A DNA stretch of 64,000 nt from Blastocatellia bacterium (GTDB lineage Bacteria > Acidobacteriota > Blastocatellia > RBC074). The DNA is taken from NCBI GenBank assembly GCA_016789725.1, contig JAEUQN010000011.1, forward strand, positions 1,102-65,101, read 5' to 3'. Shown here piece after piece: positions 20,767 through 30,161 of the stretch; position 1 is the first letter of the stretch, and each line of letters begins with the position of its first letter. Below the pieces are notes generated by a model. That model was given only the letters and a program-made list of their open reading frames with translations, was not told the DNA's origin and did no database searches. The position numbers were made by a program, and so were the translations under genes.

Positions 20767-21918
20767 TCATTTCAAATCCAACGAATCCTGCGTGACTAAA
20801 TCCCGATAGCTCTCGAATTTTCCCTTCACAAAACTTTCCAATGGTTGCAGCAGTTGTACGCTGTAATAACCCGGCACGTTTTGCACGGAACGAATGCCGT
20901 AGCCGCCGCCGAACACGCTGCGAATCAGCACGCCGCGCGGGTCAATCGGCCAGCTTCGCACGTTCTCGGCATAACGATCAAAGCTGCTGTCGCCCATTAG
21001 ATAATATTCGACATTAGAGGTATAAAACGCGGTCACTTTATCGCCGCGTTCCTTGAGGATTTTACCGACTTCTGCGAAGGCTTTGTCGCCGGCAAAATTG
21101 CCGACGGTCGGGATCAGCAGGTTGCGATTTTCGAGCGAGCGGACGAATTGAAAGTCGTCTTCGGTGACCAGGTAATTGCATTGCTTGCCAGTCAAATCTT
21201 TTTCGAGCATTAAGTCACGATAGCTCGGATAATACGGGCGAGGGGCGCGATTGTGGCTGGTGAATTTCAAATCTAATCCCGCTGCAAAAAACTCTTCGTG
21301 AATGCGCGCAATCGTGGCGAAGTCTTTATCGTTGAGCTTCAACCCGAAGCTTTTGATCTTTGCCGCAATCTTCTCGCGCGAGGCATCAAATCGTTTGCGG
21401 TCGGCGGGCGTTTTATCAAGGTATTCGACGATTTGCGTGATGTTCCATTTCCCCGCATCCATTACGAGCGGCTTGCCAAACAAAAGGCACAAATACTCCG
21501 CCCGATTGTTCGCCAATGCAAACAGCCCCTTAAAAAACAAATGCTGCAATTGATTGTCGCGGCGAATGTCTACAATGAAAGCGATGCGTGGACGCACCTG
21601 CGCAATATATGAAAAGTTCTGATCCGGCCCAACGCCCACGTAGGCGCCGCCGGTCACATTCATCTTGCGCATCTTGCCCATCACGTGCAAATACGAGCTT
21701 TCGTTGGAAATCAAATTGTCAGTGTCGAAGTATCCATTCGCTTCCGAGATGCGCTCGACCAGTTGCGCAAACTCCGTCACCGAAAGCGCGTCGGTGGCCG
21801 GTTGTGCGGCTGCCGCTTGCATCGGTGCTGTTGTTATTTGGGATTGAGTATTCGTCGCAGAATTTTGCACCGAACAACTGAGCAACAGAAGCGAAAGCAA
21901 AAAGAAGGCACGCGACAT
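20767..21918 (-). CDS. hypothetical lipoprotein
   Basis: 383-aa ORF with lipobox LLLLSC; no family recognised. Confidence 0.6.
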   Translation of the reverse strand: MSRAFFLLSLLLLSCSVQNSATNTQSQITTAPMQAAAAQPATDALSVTEFAQLVERISEANGYFDTDNLISNESSYLHVMGKMRKMNVTGGAYVGVGPDQNFSYIAQVRPRIAFIVDIRRDNQLQHLFFKGLFALANNRAEYLCLLFGKPLVMDAGKWNITQIVEYLDKTPADRKRFDASREKIAAKIKSFGLKLNDKDFATIARIHEEFFAAGLDLKFTSHNRAPRPYYPSYRDLMLEKDLTGKQCNYLVTEDDFQFVRSLENRNLLIPTVGNFAGDKAFAEVGKILKERGDKVTAFYTSNVEYYLMGDSSFDRYAENVRSWPIDPRGVLIRSVFGGGYGIRSVQNVPGYYSVQLLQPLESFVKGKFESYRDLVTQDSLDLK

Positions 21919-21935
21919 GGAATCTCCTCAGAAAG

Positions 21936-22016
21936 AGTAGTGCAACCTGCCGAGGTTGCGTGGTTATCGTCAGGAATACAGTAGGAAGCACCGCAACCTC
22001 GGCAGGTTGCACTACT
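21936..22016. repeat. 25-bp perfect inverted repeat; each arm is itself a small palindrome
   Basis: AGTAGTGCAACCTGCCGAGGTTGCG (21936-21960) / CGCAACCTCGGCAGGTTGCACTACT (21992-22016). Each arm contains GCAACCT-N4-AGGTTGC. Confidence 0.85.
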
Positions 22017-22026
22017 TTTGCAAACT

Positions 22027-23298
22027 TTACGCCAACTGATCGGGCGTGATCGTCAATTCATCCACTTCGCCCAGCACTGTGACGGCCAATCGTTCCGGCT
22101 GGAAAATATCGTTCGCCAATCGTTGCACATCTTCGGCGGTGACCGTGTTGATGTGTTCGATGACTTCATCTGGAGTGACGAATTCGCCCCAGGTCATTTC
22201 CTGGGACGCGAGCGCGTTCATCCGCGCCGAACTGGATTCGAGCGCCAACATCAGACTGGTTTTCAATTGATCTTTGTTGCGTTGTAACTCAGCTTCGCTG
22301 ATGGCATCGGTTTTCAAACGGCGGACTTCCGCCATCGTCGCCGCAATGGTCGGCTCAATATTTTCTCCTGAAGCGCCCGCATAAATGCTGAGGAACCCTG
22401 TGTCCACGTATTCGGTCAGCGCCGAAAAAATCGTGTAGACCAATCCCTTGTCTTCGCGCACCGATTGAAACAAGCGCGAACTCATTCCGCCGCCTAAAAT
22501 CGTGCATAACACGTTCGCCGTGTAATGATCTGCGCTGAGCAATGAAGGGCAACGCGCGCCGATGACCAAATGCGATTGCTCTAACTCGGCTTTGTGGCGC
22601 AGCGTGATATGTGGCGTTGGTGCGGGATCAGGATGACTTGCTGCTACGATGCGCGGGCGCAAGTGTCCGAAGTGTTTGTTGACCAGCTCAAGCAATGCTT
22701 CGTGCGTCACATTGCCCGCCGCCCCGATGACCAGGTTTTCGGGCCGATAGGCGTCTTCATAATGCGCGCGCACATCGTTGGATTGAAACGTCGCCAGGGT
22801 TTCCGGCGTGCCTAAAATTGGGCGTCCGAGCGAATGATTCGGGTAAAAGCCTTCGGAAAAAATCTCGAACACCAGATCGTCCGGCGTGTCTTCGACCATC
22901 TTGATTTCTTCGAGGATGACGTTGCGTTCCTTGTCCAATTCCACCGGGTCGAATGTCGGTGCGGTCACCAAATCCGCGATCAATTCGAACGCCTGCGGCA
23001 AATGTTCATCTAAAACTTTGTTTGTGAAGCCAACCGATTCGCGCGACGTGAAGGCGTCTAAATACCCGCCGAGCGCGTCGGATTCATCCGCGATTTGCAC
23101 GGCGGAACGTTTGCGCGTGCCTTTAAAAAGCGTGTGTTCGATGAAATGGCTGATGCCATTAACAGCGGGCGTTTCGTGCCGTGACCCTTCGCGCAGGAAG
23201 ACGCCAAAGCTGACTGAACGCACATGCGGCATTTGTTCAGAAACGACAACCAGGCCGTTTTCAAGTCTAGTTTTACGAATTGAAAAATCTGTACTCAT
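22027..23298 (-). CDS. M16-family zinc peptidase (insulinase/PqqL-like)
   Basis: Inverted zinc motif HFIEHTLFKGT. ATG 23298 (MSTDFSIRKTRLENGL) chosen. Confidence 0.88.
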   Translation of the reverse strand: MSTDFSIRKTRLENGLVVVSEQMPHVRSVSFGVFLREGSRHETPAVNGISHFIEHTLFKGTRKRSAVQIADESDALGGYLDAFTSRESVGFTNKVLDEHLPQAFELIADLVTAPTFDPVELDKERNVILEEIKMVEDTPDDLVFEIFSEGFYPNHSLGRPILGTPETLATFQSNDVRAHYEDAYRPENLVIGAAGNVTHEALLELVNKHFGHLRPRIVAASHPDPAPTPHITLRHKAELEQSHLVIGARCPSLLSADHYTANVLCTILGGGMSSRLFQSVREDKGLVYTIFSALTEYVDTGFLSIYAGASGENIEPTIAATMAEVRRLKTDAISEAELQRNKDQLKTSLMLALESSSARMNALASQEMTWGEFVTPDEVIEHINTVTAEDVQRLANDIFQPERLAVTVLGEVDELTITPDQLA

Positions 23299-23393
23299 GT
23301 AACGATCACTGCTCACTTCAAAAATATCGAAGCGCAATCGTAACACGGTCTGATGGCAGGTGTCAGTAAGGCATCTTTTTTGTCAAAGGCATT

Positions 23394-23441
23394 TTCGCCG
23401 CAGAGGCGCAGAGGCAAGGCCGAGATTCGCGGAGAAAACCC
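23394..23441. repeat. REP/MITE-like element, truncated half copy (copy A)
   Basis: TTCGCCGCAGAGGCGCAGAGGCAAGGCCGAGATTCGCGGAGAAAACCC matches the first half of the 88-bp family at 27041, 29373 and 40460. Confidence 0.7.
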
Positions 23442-23539
23442 TTGTTTCTCGCTCATTGCGGCGAGCTTGGTGTATTCGATGATGCTGCCGCAATTCGGAA
23501 TTGCGGGTCGGAATAATTGGCGAGGAACGCCGATGGGAT

Positions 23540-24346
23540 TCAAGCTGAGAGCGTGGTGCTCAAGCCCCAGCCGAGGAAGATAATGAACAATAACGTATAA
23601 ACGGTTTCGGCGATGCCAATGTGCTTCAAGTTCAATTTGCCTTTTTCTTCTTTGAGGCCCGCGAATGTCCGCAGGGTGATGGGCAGAAACGCGAGCGCCG
23701 CCACTCCTGTAATCCAATTCATCCACAATAACGCGCCGATGCCTGCCGCCAGCAACATGTGATAGCCCAGGCATTGCCACGTCAAAGCGTTTGCATCTTT
23801 CTTTTTTGCAAAGCGACTGACGCGCATCTTCACGTAAAAAATCGAACTCGTGAAATACACGACATTCAACGCCCAGAGCAGCAAACAAAACTGATCCAGC
23901 TTTCCCGTCAGCACGTAATACGCGCTCGGCGCGGTGAGCGTCAGGCTAATGACGCCGAGGAGTTCACCGCCAATGGTGCGCTCTTCGCGTTTGGACGCGA
24001 GGTAAATATGCGCGCTCAACAGCACCAGCAAGACGACCCCAAACGGTGCAAGCCACCAGCGTTGATAATGCAGAAGCAATGGAACTGTAGCGGCAATGGC
24101 GATGGTCGAATAAATCGCCAGCCACCATTTGGATTCCCGAAAAATTTGCGGGCTGGAAGGTCGTTTGGGATTGAGTTTGACCAGCACTGAAAGTGGTTCG
24201 TGCGCGAGAAAAATCGTCGTTGTCGCAATCAAAAACAGGGTTACCGAAAGCTCGAAGCGGCCCAGCACCGCGACAGCAATTATCATTGGCGCATACAACA
24301 TTGCCCAGGCACCGTGTTCGTGCGGAATGGGTGGTTTGAATTTCAT
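23540..24346 (-). CDS. YwiC-like integral membrane protein
   Basis: N-terminal PIPHEHGAWAMLYAPMII signature; about 8 TM helices; 4-nt gap after nosY. Confidence 0.7.
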   Translation of the reverse strand: MKFKPPIPHEHGAWAMLYAPMIIAVAVLGRFELSVTLFLIATTTIFLAHEPLSVLVKLNPKRPSSPQIFRESKWWLAIYSTIAIAATVPLLLHYQRWWLAPFGVVLLVLLSAHIYLASKREERTIGGELLGVISLTLTAPSAYYVLTGKLDQFCLLLWALNVVYFTSSIFYVKMRVSRFAKKKDANALTWQCLGYHMLLAAGIGALLWMNWITGVAALAFLPITLRTFAGLKEEKGKLNLKHIGIAETVYTLLFIIFLGWGLSTTLSA

Positions 24347-24350
24347 AGCC

Positions 24351-25181
24351 TCAAATATCCTGCCGCTTTAGCAGGCGTTGCGATAACAAAAACGGCGCGA
24401 CGATCCAAACCAGCAGGCCCAGCACCAATAGCAAAATGCTGACCACTTCGCCGCCCAAAAACTTCGTCAACGCCGCCCCCGCCACGCCAAAGATTTCTTT
24501 GCCGTTCAGCACCATCAACGACGCGACGCGTGTCATGTCTACAGGATTGCCAAACAACGACGCGAAGATGAAGTGATTTGCCGTGCGCTCTTTGAGGAAA
24601 AATGTACCGCCAATGACGAGCAGGTCATAAAACAGTACAAAGAAAAACCACAGAAACATCACCACGCCGAAGGCGCGGTTTTTGCGCTGGCACAACGCCG
24701 CGATCAAGGCTGACAGGCTCAGGAATGCTAACGCCAACAGCAACGCGAAGCCCACAAACAACGGATAGCGAAGCGCCCCGGCTGTCCCGGCTTTCATCGC
24801 TATCACAAATCCGCCGAGGCCAAAGCCAATCAACGTCGCCGTCAACATCGAAGCGAATAACCCCAGCAATTTGCCGAGCCAGATTTCGCCGCGCGTCACA
24901 GGTTGCGCAAACAACAATTCGCTTGCGCTTTTTTCGCTGGTGAAGCTCAGCGTTCCCATCACCAACGCGACCAGCGGCACGATATACAACACCAGATTCA
25001 GTAAGCTGGCCGAGGTTCGCGTGAAGCCTTGAAAGCCGATTGAGCCTGCCGTCAGCAAGCCGAAATACGAAATTGCCAGCACCAGCACGCTGAAGACGCC
25101 CGCGAAAATCAGCGTCCATTTGTTGCGAATGTTGATGATCAATTCCTGCTTGGCGATGGTGATGACAGCGTTGATGTCCAT
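24351..25181 (-). CDS. nosY: N2O-reductase maturation ABC-2 permease NosY
   Basis: 276-aa 6-TM ABC-2 type permease within the nos cluster. Confidence 0.8.
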   Translation of the reverse strand: MDINAVITIAKQELIINIRNKWTLIFAGVFSVLVLAISYFGLLTAGSIGFQGFTRTSASLLNLVLYIVPLVALVMGTLSFTSEKSASELLFAQPVTRGEIWLGKLLGLFASMLTATLIGFGLGGFVIAMKAGTAGALRYPLFVGFALLLALAFLSLSALIAALCQRKNRAFGVVMFLWFFFVLFYDLLVIGGTFFLKERTANHFIFASLFGNPVDMTRVASLMVLNGKEIFGVAGAALTKFLGGEVVSILLLVLGLLVWIVAPFLLSQRLLKRQDI

Positions 25182-25192
25182 AATCTTTTCTT

Positions 25193-25300
25193 TGCTGGGA
25201 GCGCACGCGCCTCGCGTGCTAAGACCTGTGGAGCGAATTTGCTGCGATGAAAGGATTAGCTAATGAAGGCTCAGCACGCGAGGCGTGTGCGCTCCCAGCA
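25193..25300. repeat. 28-nt-arm inverted repeat (1 mismatch) in the spacer between gene X and nosY
   Basis: TGCTGGGAGCGCACGCGCCTCGCGTGCT (25193-25220) / AGCACGCGAGGCGTGTGCGCTCCCAGCA (25273-25300). Each arm contains GCACGCG-CCT-CGCGTGC. Confidence 0.85.
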
Positions 25301-25301
25301 A

Positions 25302-26630
25302 TTACTCCCGAAAATACGCAGGCAAATTCTTTTTCGTACTGCGCAAAATTTCCAGCACCGCTTTTCGATCAGCAAGCGAGATGCCCGCAAATTCTTTTCC
25401 CTGTGCCTGTCCCGTCAACACCAGCCACAACTTGCGATAAAGCACCTCCAGCGCGAGGGGCGGCAACGCATCGAAGGCTTCCGAGTAAATCAAATAGCTG
25501 CACGGGTAGCGAAACATTCGCTGCTGCAAGTCGAAGTCACGCAATGAACGGCCTTGCTTGTCTTTCACGCCTTGCGCCGAAAAGTCAGACGTAAATTTTG
25601 AAGTTCCTGCAATCGGCGCGGTCAATTTCGTTTCTTCAACGAAGAGCAGATATTTCAAAACTTCGTCTGCGGCATTGTTGATGCGACGTTTCGTGCTGTC
25701 GGAAACCTCATCTTTTGGACGTTGTAAGGCCTCATTCATCGCCGCATTATGATGCAGCGCGAGCTTGGTTTCGTATTGCAACCGCGTCAGCAGGTTATGC
25801 ATTTGCGTTTGATGTTCGAGCACCATCAACGCCACGATGTCGCTGTGCGCTGACGGATAACCGACGAGGTTTACTTTCTTTTCCAGATTGGTCACGTTCG
25901 CGCCGAGGGTCAAATCCAACTTTTCCAGATGATCGCGTTCGCTGAACAATTGATTGCCCAGATGCTGTTCTTTGCCGTGCGTGCCGGTGACGAACCATCC
26001 GCCCCAACGTTCTTTGAGCGGGTTCGTATGCCCAATCACGCGCGAGCCAAGTTGCGCAATCGGATAGCCGCGCTCGTCAGGAAACACCGACCGCACAATG
26101 TGACCGGGAACGTTGCGCGTCGTGCCGGAGGCGTGGCATTGCAGGCATTCGTTATTTCGTACGAAACGCGGCTTGTCGGTTTTGGTTTGTTCGAGCATGT
26201 AAAAAACGCCGCCAAGTTTCGGATCGGCGGTTGAAAGCTCGACAAAGTCTCCGCCGCGCACAAAGCCGACATACACATCGTCGTTGAAGTAAATGGCACG
26301 CGGGTTTTTCGGCGAAATGCGAAAGAGTTGGAAGCTGGTTTTTGAGAACACCAGACCTTGCGACGACACCGGCACCCTCAGCAATTTCAGTACCGAACCC
26401 AAATAGCCATCGGTTTCAGAGTATTCCAACCTCACTTCACCGCGATCCAATCGTTGTTGCAAGTGCGCGACCGCATCGTTTTGGCCCGCATTGTCATAGC
26501 CAATCGCCGGGCTTTCATACAACTGTTCCTGTTGGGCAACGGCAGAGTTGGCGTTGTGCAAAAAGTATACGAGCGACAGCACACACGCGCCCATCACAAT
26601 GATTATTTTGATCCCAGCAAAGCGTTTCAT
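25302..26630 (-). CDS. membrane-anchored protein of unknown family with a single CXXCH haem-c motif
   Basis: 442 aa. N-terminal TM IKIIIVMGACVLSLVYFL and a single CLQCH motif. Its ATG overlaps the nosL stop (ATGA 26627-26630). Confidence 0.65.
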   Translation of the reverse strand: MKRFAGIKIIIVMGACVLSLVYFLHNANSAVAQQEQLYESPAIGYDNAGQNDAVAHLQQRLDRGEVRLEYSETDGYLGSVLKLLRVPVSSQGLVFSKTSFQLFRISPKNPRAIYFNDDVYVGFVRGGDFVELSTADPKLGGVFYMLEQTKTDKPRFVRNNECLQCHASGTTRNVPGHIVRSVFPDERGYPIAQLGSRVIGHTNPLKERWGGWFVTGTHGKEQHLGNQLFSERDHLEKLDLTLGANVTNLEKKVNLVGYPSAHSDIVALMVLEHQTQMHNLLTRLQYETKLALHHNAAMNEALQRPKDEVSDSTKRRINNAADEVLKYLLFVEETKLTAPIAGTSKFTSDFSAQGVKDKQGRSLRDFDLQQRMFRYPCSYLIYSEAFDALPPLALEVLYRKLWLVLTGQAQGKEFAGISLADRKAVLEILRSTKKNLPAYFRE

Positions 26631-27151
26631 TGTTTCGTCAGTTCCTCAAAATTCAGCGTCTTGCCTTTGTACTTCGTGGCCGCCGCTTCGGCTTTGGCTT
26701 TGTCTTGAAAGGCAATAATGCCGCCGCCCATTGGCGAAGTGATTTCTTTCGATTTTACAAAGCTTGCGCCGTTGCCTTTGATCCATTGTTTGGTGTCGTA
26801 CTCGACAAAAAAGTGTGCAGCAATTTTGGAGTCGGGTTTTTCTTTTAAATAATCCTGCATACAACCGATGTCGTCAAACTTAACCGCATCCCCATCGGTC
26901 GTGATGAATTCTGACGCAAATTGTTTTTCCGAAATCGCCATCTTGCAATGCGCGCAGACATCTTCGGCGGCAATCTCTACGGGCTTGATTTCAGGAGCGC
27001 CGCAAGCGGTAAAACTTAGGGCCAAAAGTACGAGGAGTAGTTCACCGCAGAGGCGCAGACTTCGCGCAAAGGAACGCAGAGAAAACCTCTCCGCGAATCT
27101 CTGCGAAAACTCTGCGCCTCTGCGGTGAAAAACAATTATTGGTTGCTTCAT
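26627..27151 (-). CDS. nosL: copper chaperone lipoprotein NosL
   Basis: CAHCKMAISEKQFASEF...DDIGCM copper-binding region; lipobox LSFTAC. Its ATG overlaps the nosF stop (ATGA). Codons 8-37 are encoded by REP copy B. Confidence 0.85.
   Translation of the reverse strand: MKQPIIVFHRRGAEFSQRFAERFSLRSFARSLRLCGELLLVLLALSFTACGAPEIKPVEIAAEDVCAHCKMAISEKQFASEFITTDGDAVKFDDIGCMQDYLKEKPDSKIAAHFFVEYDTKQWIKGNGASFVKSKEITSPMGGGIIAFQDKAKAEAAATKYKGKTLNFEELTKQ
27041..27128. repeat. 88-bp REP/MITE-like palindromic element (copy B)
   Basis: TTCACCGCAGAGGCGCAGAC...TCTGCGCCTCTGCGGTGAA; terminal inverted repeats of about 19 nt. Confidence 0.85.
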
Positions 27152-28056
27152 TGTTCTTTCCTGATGTAGTTCAAATAAATATCTTCGAGCGATGGTTCTT
27201 CCGTCGCAAAGCGCACGATGTCGCCGCCCGCCGTTTTAATTGCTGCCAGGATGTCCATCCGCGTTTCGGGCGCAGAAGTAATCAATAACGAATTGCCCTG
27301 CCACACGGCTTCGCGTGTGCCAGCGACGAGCGCGGCCTCCGCCAGCTTTTCATCTGCTTGCGGCAACACCACACGCATTTGACTGCTCAGCATCAGGCCT
27401 TCGCGCAAGGCTGCGATGGATTCAAGCGCGACCAATTTGCCCTGCACTAAAATCGCCACGCGATCCGCCAATTGCTCGACATCGGCTAAAACGTGCGACG
27501 TGAAGACAATCGTTTTGCCCGCCTGTTTGAGCGTTGTCAGAAACTCGCGGAATTGAATGGCGCGTTCAGGATCAAGGCTTGCGGTTGGTTCGTCCAGCAA
27601 TAGAATCGGTGCATCCGGCAAACACGCGACGGCGAGTCCGAGACGTTGCAACATCCCGCCGGAAAATTGCTGCACGGGTTTGTCGGTGAAGCCGTTGAAG
27701 TGAAACTGCGGGCCACTCATCACTTTTTCAATGCGCGTTTCCGGTAACTTGCGCAAACGACAATAAAACTGCATCACTTCACGCGCTGTCAGATTGTCAT
27801 GGAAGTTCACGTATTGCGGCAAGTAGCTCATTAAACTTTTCGCGCGCCGTGCGTCTTTCCAAACGTCTAGCCCGTCAACTTTGATCTCGCCCGCAGTTGG
27901 CGGCATCAATCCCACCAAACATTTCAGCGCCGTCGTTTTGCCGCTGCCGTTTGGACCAAGCAAGGCGAACGTTTCGCCCGGCTTGATCTCAAACGACACG
28001 TCATTGACTGCCGTGAATTCGCCGAATGTTTTGGTTAAGTGATTGACCTGAATCAT
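27148..28056 (-). CDS. nosF: ABC ATPase NosF
   Basis: Walker A GPNGSGKTT, signature FSGGMLQRL, Walker B LLLDEP. ATG 28056 overlaps the nosD stop (ATGA). Confidence 0.88.
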   Translation of the reverse strand: MIQVNHLTKTFGEFTAVNDVSFEIKPGETFALLGPNGSGKTTALKCLVGLMPPTAGEIKVDGLDVWKDARRAKSLMSYLPQYVNFHDNLTAREVMQFYCRLRKLPETRIEKVMSGPQFHFNGFTDKPVQQFSGGMLQRLGLAVACLPDAPILLLDEPTASLDPERAIQFREFLTTLKQAGKTIVFTSHVLADVEQLADRVAILVQGKLVALESIAALREGLMLSSQMRVVLPQADEKLAEAALVAGTREAVWQGNSLLITSAPETRMDILAAIKTAGGDIVRFATEEPSLEDIYLNYIRKEQ

Positions 28057-29468
28057 TGCCGTTGCCCTTTCCAAATTGTTGCGACGGCGATGCCAAACAT
28101 CAACAATGAAATCAGCGCCAGCACGAGCTGTGATCCTCGTGTTGTTTCTGTCTGGTTGAATGGATAGTTGAACGAAACGGCTTTGGTAAGCGGCGCGGCA
28201 TCGGCTAATGACGAGCCTTTAATGATCGGAAAGGTTCGTTCTGCCGTTGCGAGAGCTTGCGCCGCCGGGCTGTTGAAGTACAACCGCAAGCGAGGGAAAT
28301 TGCCTTCCAAATACTCGAACACGTTTTGAACTTTGTGCGCGACATCGCCCGTCCCATTGCTGTCCAAATCGTAACCGTCGTAATCGCTCCAGAAATTTTG
28401 TTGCCACCGGGTGTTTGTTTCTCTGCCAACCAATTGTAACGGGCTTAGATTCTCGACAAAGTTATTGCCCGAAAATTCGCACCCATCGGCGCTACTGTAA
28501 ATTTGCATTGCCACATCATTTTCGGCAATCACATTGTTCGCAAAACGGCTTTTGCGCAAGGCTTCCAAAAATACGCCGCAGGCATTGTTAATGATGAAAT
28601 TGTTTTCGGTCACGCAATCATCGCAATCCTGAAACAGAATGCCGAACGAACTGAAACCGCGATTGTTGATGAAGGCATTGCGGCGCAGTGTAATACGTTT
28701 GGAATACATGATTGCCGCGCCTGCGACGTTGTCAGAGAAAATATTATCCTCAAAATTATTGTCGTCCGAATTCATGTAATGCAGGCCATAGCGCAGCTTG
28801 GTAACGCGGTTGTGAGTGATGAGATTGCCGGGGCTGCTCTGGATATACATCCCATCGCGGGTTTCAGTGATGGTGTTGTCCGTGATGGTATTGTTGGGGG
28901 AATTCCACAGATGCAGCCCCGCACCGCGATCTCCCATTTCAAGCTCTGGGCGACCGCGAATCACGTTGCGCTGAATCGTATTGCTACTCGCTTTCAGGAG
29001 GTAAATGCCATAGAGAATATCGCGCAGTTCGTTATCTTCGATGCGATTGTGATTCGATTTCAGTAACAGGCCGGAATCTTCCTGCTGCAAATCGCTGCCG
29101 CAATGTTCGATGAGAAAGCCCTGAATCGTGCAGTTGTCAGCGGCGACGATGATCGTGCTATGTTGGCCTGTGCCGCGTACGATAGGTTTGCCAATGCCTG
29201 TGAGTGTGAGGGATTTGTCGAGCGTGAGATTTTCAGTATAGGTTCCCGCTTGCACCTGAATCGTGTCACCGGGTTGCGCCGCATTGATCGCCGCTTGAAT
29301 AGATTGTGTGGGCGCGATGGTGTGCGTTTCGGCGTGAGCGATAGTTGAAAGCACGAAGAGCAGAAAGACGATTTCACCGCAGAGACGCAGAGTTCGCGCA
29401 GAGACACACAGAGAAAACCTCTCCGCGAATCTCTGCGTTATCTCTGTGCCTCTGCGGTGAAAAAACAT
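28053..29468 (-). CDS. nosD: periplasmic beta-helix copper-binding protein NosD
   Basis: Repeated parallel beta-helix units (NxIxxN pattern across about 300 aa). Position between nosB and nosF. Codons 3-32 are encoded by REP copy C. Confidence 0.85.
   Translation of the reverse strand: MFFHRRGTEITQRFAERFSLCVSARTLRLCGEIVFLLFVLSTIAHAETHTIAPTQSIQAAINAAQPGDTIQVQAGTYTENLTLDKSLTLTGIGKPIVRGTGQHSTIIVAADNCTIQGFLIEHCGSDLQQEDSGLLLKSNHNRIEDNELRDILYGIYLLKASSNTIQRNVIRGRPELEMGDRGAGLHLWNSPNNTITDNTITETRDGMYIQSSPGNLITHNRVTKLRYGLHYMNSDDNNFEDNIFSDNVAGAAIMYSKRITLRRNAFINNRGFSSFGILFQDCDDCVTENNFIINNACGVFLEALRKSRFANNVIAENDVAMQIYSSADGCEFSGNNFVENLSPLQLVGRETNTRWQQNFWSDYDGYDLDSNGTGDVAHKVQNVFEYLEGNFPRLRLYFNSPAAQALATAERTFPIIKGSSLADAAPLTKAVSFNYPFNQTETTRGSQLVLALISLLMFGIAVATIWKGQRQ
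29373..29461. repeat. REP/MITE-like palindromic element (copy C)
   Basis: TTCACCGCAGAGACGCAGAG...CTCTGTGCCTCTGCGGTGAA; same orientation as copy B. Confidence 0.85.
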
Positions 29469-29470
29469 GG

Positions 29471-30151
29471 CTAGACCTCGCTATTTTTCCGCGATAACCA
29501 AATCGCCAAAAACATCAACAGCCCAAACGCAATCAAGGCAAATGAAGCAATGTCCGGGTAACTGTAAACCGTGAAGTTGCCCACGATTTCTGTCCCCAGC
29601 AACGGCGGCGTGAATGGTTCCACCTTGATCGCGGCTTGCGGGTCAAGATTGTGACCATACAAATACATCCGATGGTAAAAGCTCCAGAATGAATACAGCC
29701 CAAACCAGGTGAACAACACGAACACATCTACCAGCTTCGACATCTTACCCAGCACCATGGCGCGCAAAGCCAAAATCATCAACCCGCCAATCGCAAACGG
29801 CAGCCAGATGAATTCGCTGAACTCGCTTTCGAGCAACGGACGCATGCCGATGTAATGATTCAGCGCATTGATTTCACGCAGGTCATCTCGATTACTGGTT
29901 TTCGCGCCGTCTAATTGATACGCGTAAATCGTGAGCTTCAACCCATCCGGGTACTGATTGGAAAAAAAGCTCATGCGCCAGAGCGGAAAGAGGAAAGCGG
30001 GAATCAGGACAACAACGGCCAGCAGAATGACGACGCGGCTTTTGAGCGAGAGCGAATGCTCAAAGAATTCATATTCCTTCAGCAAAAATCGCTTGAGCCA
30101 CGACTTTGATTCAACCTTTGGCAGATTGATGGATTCTTGTGCGGTTGACAT
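29471..30151 (-). CDS. nosB: clade II nos-cluster membrane protein NosB
   Basis: 226-aa polytopic membrane protein immediately downstream of nosZ, the conserved clade II position. Confidence 0.7.
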   Translation of the reverse strand: MSTAQESINLPKVESKSWLKRFLLKEYEFFEHSLSLKSRVVILLAVVVLIPAFLFPLWRMSFFSNQYPDGLKLTIYAYQLDGAKTSNRDDLREINALNHYIGMRPLLESEFSEFIWLPFAIGGLMILALRAMVLGKMSKLVDVFVLFTWFGLYSFWSFYHRMYLYGHNLDPQAAIKVEPFTPPLLGTEIVGNFTVYSYPDIASFALIAFGLLMFLAIWLSRKNSEV

Positions 30152-30161
30152 AAGTTACCTC

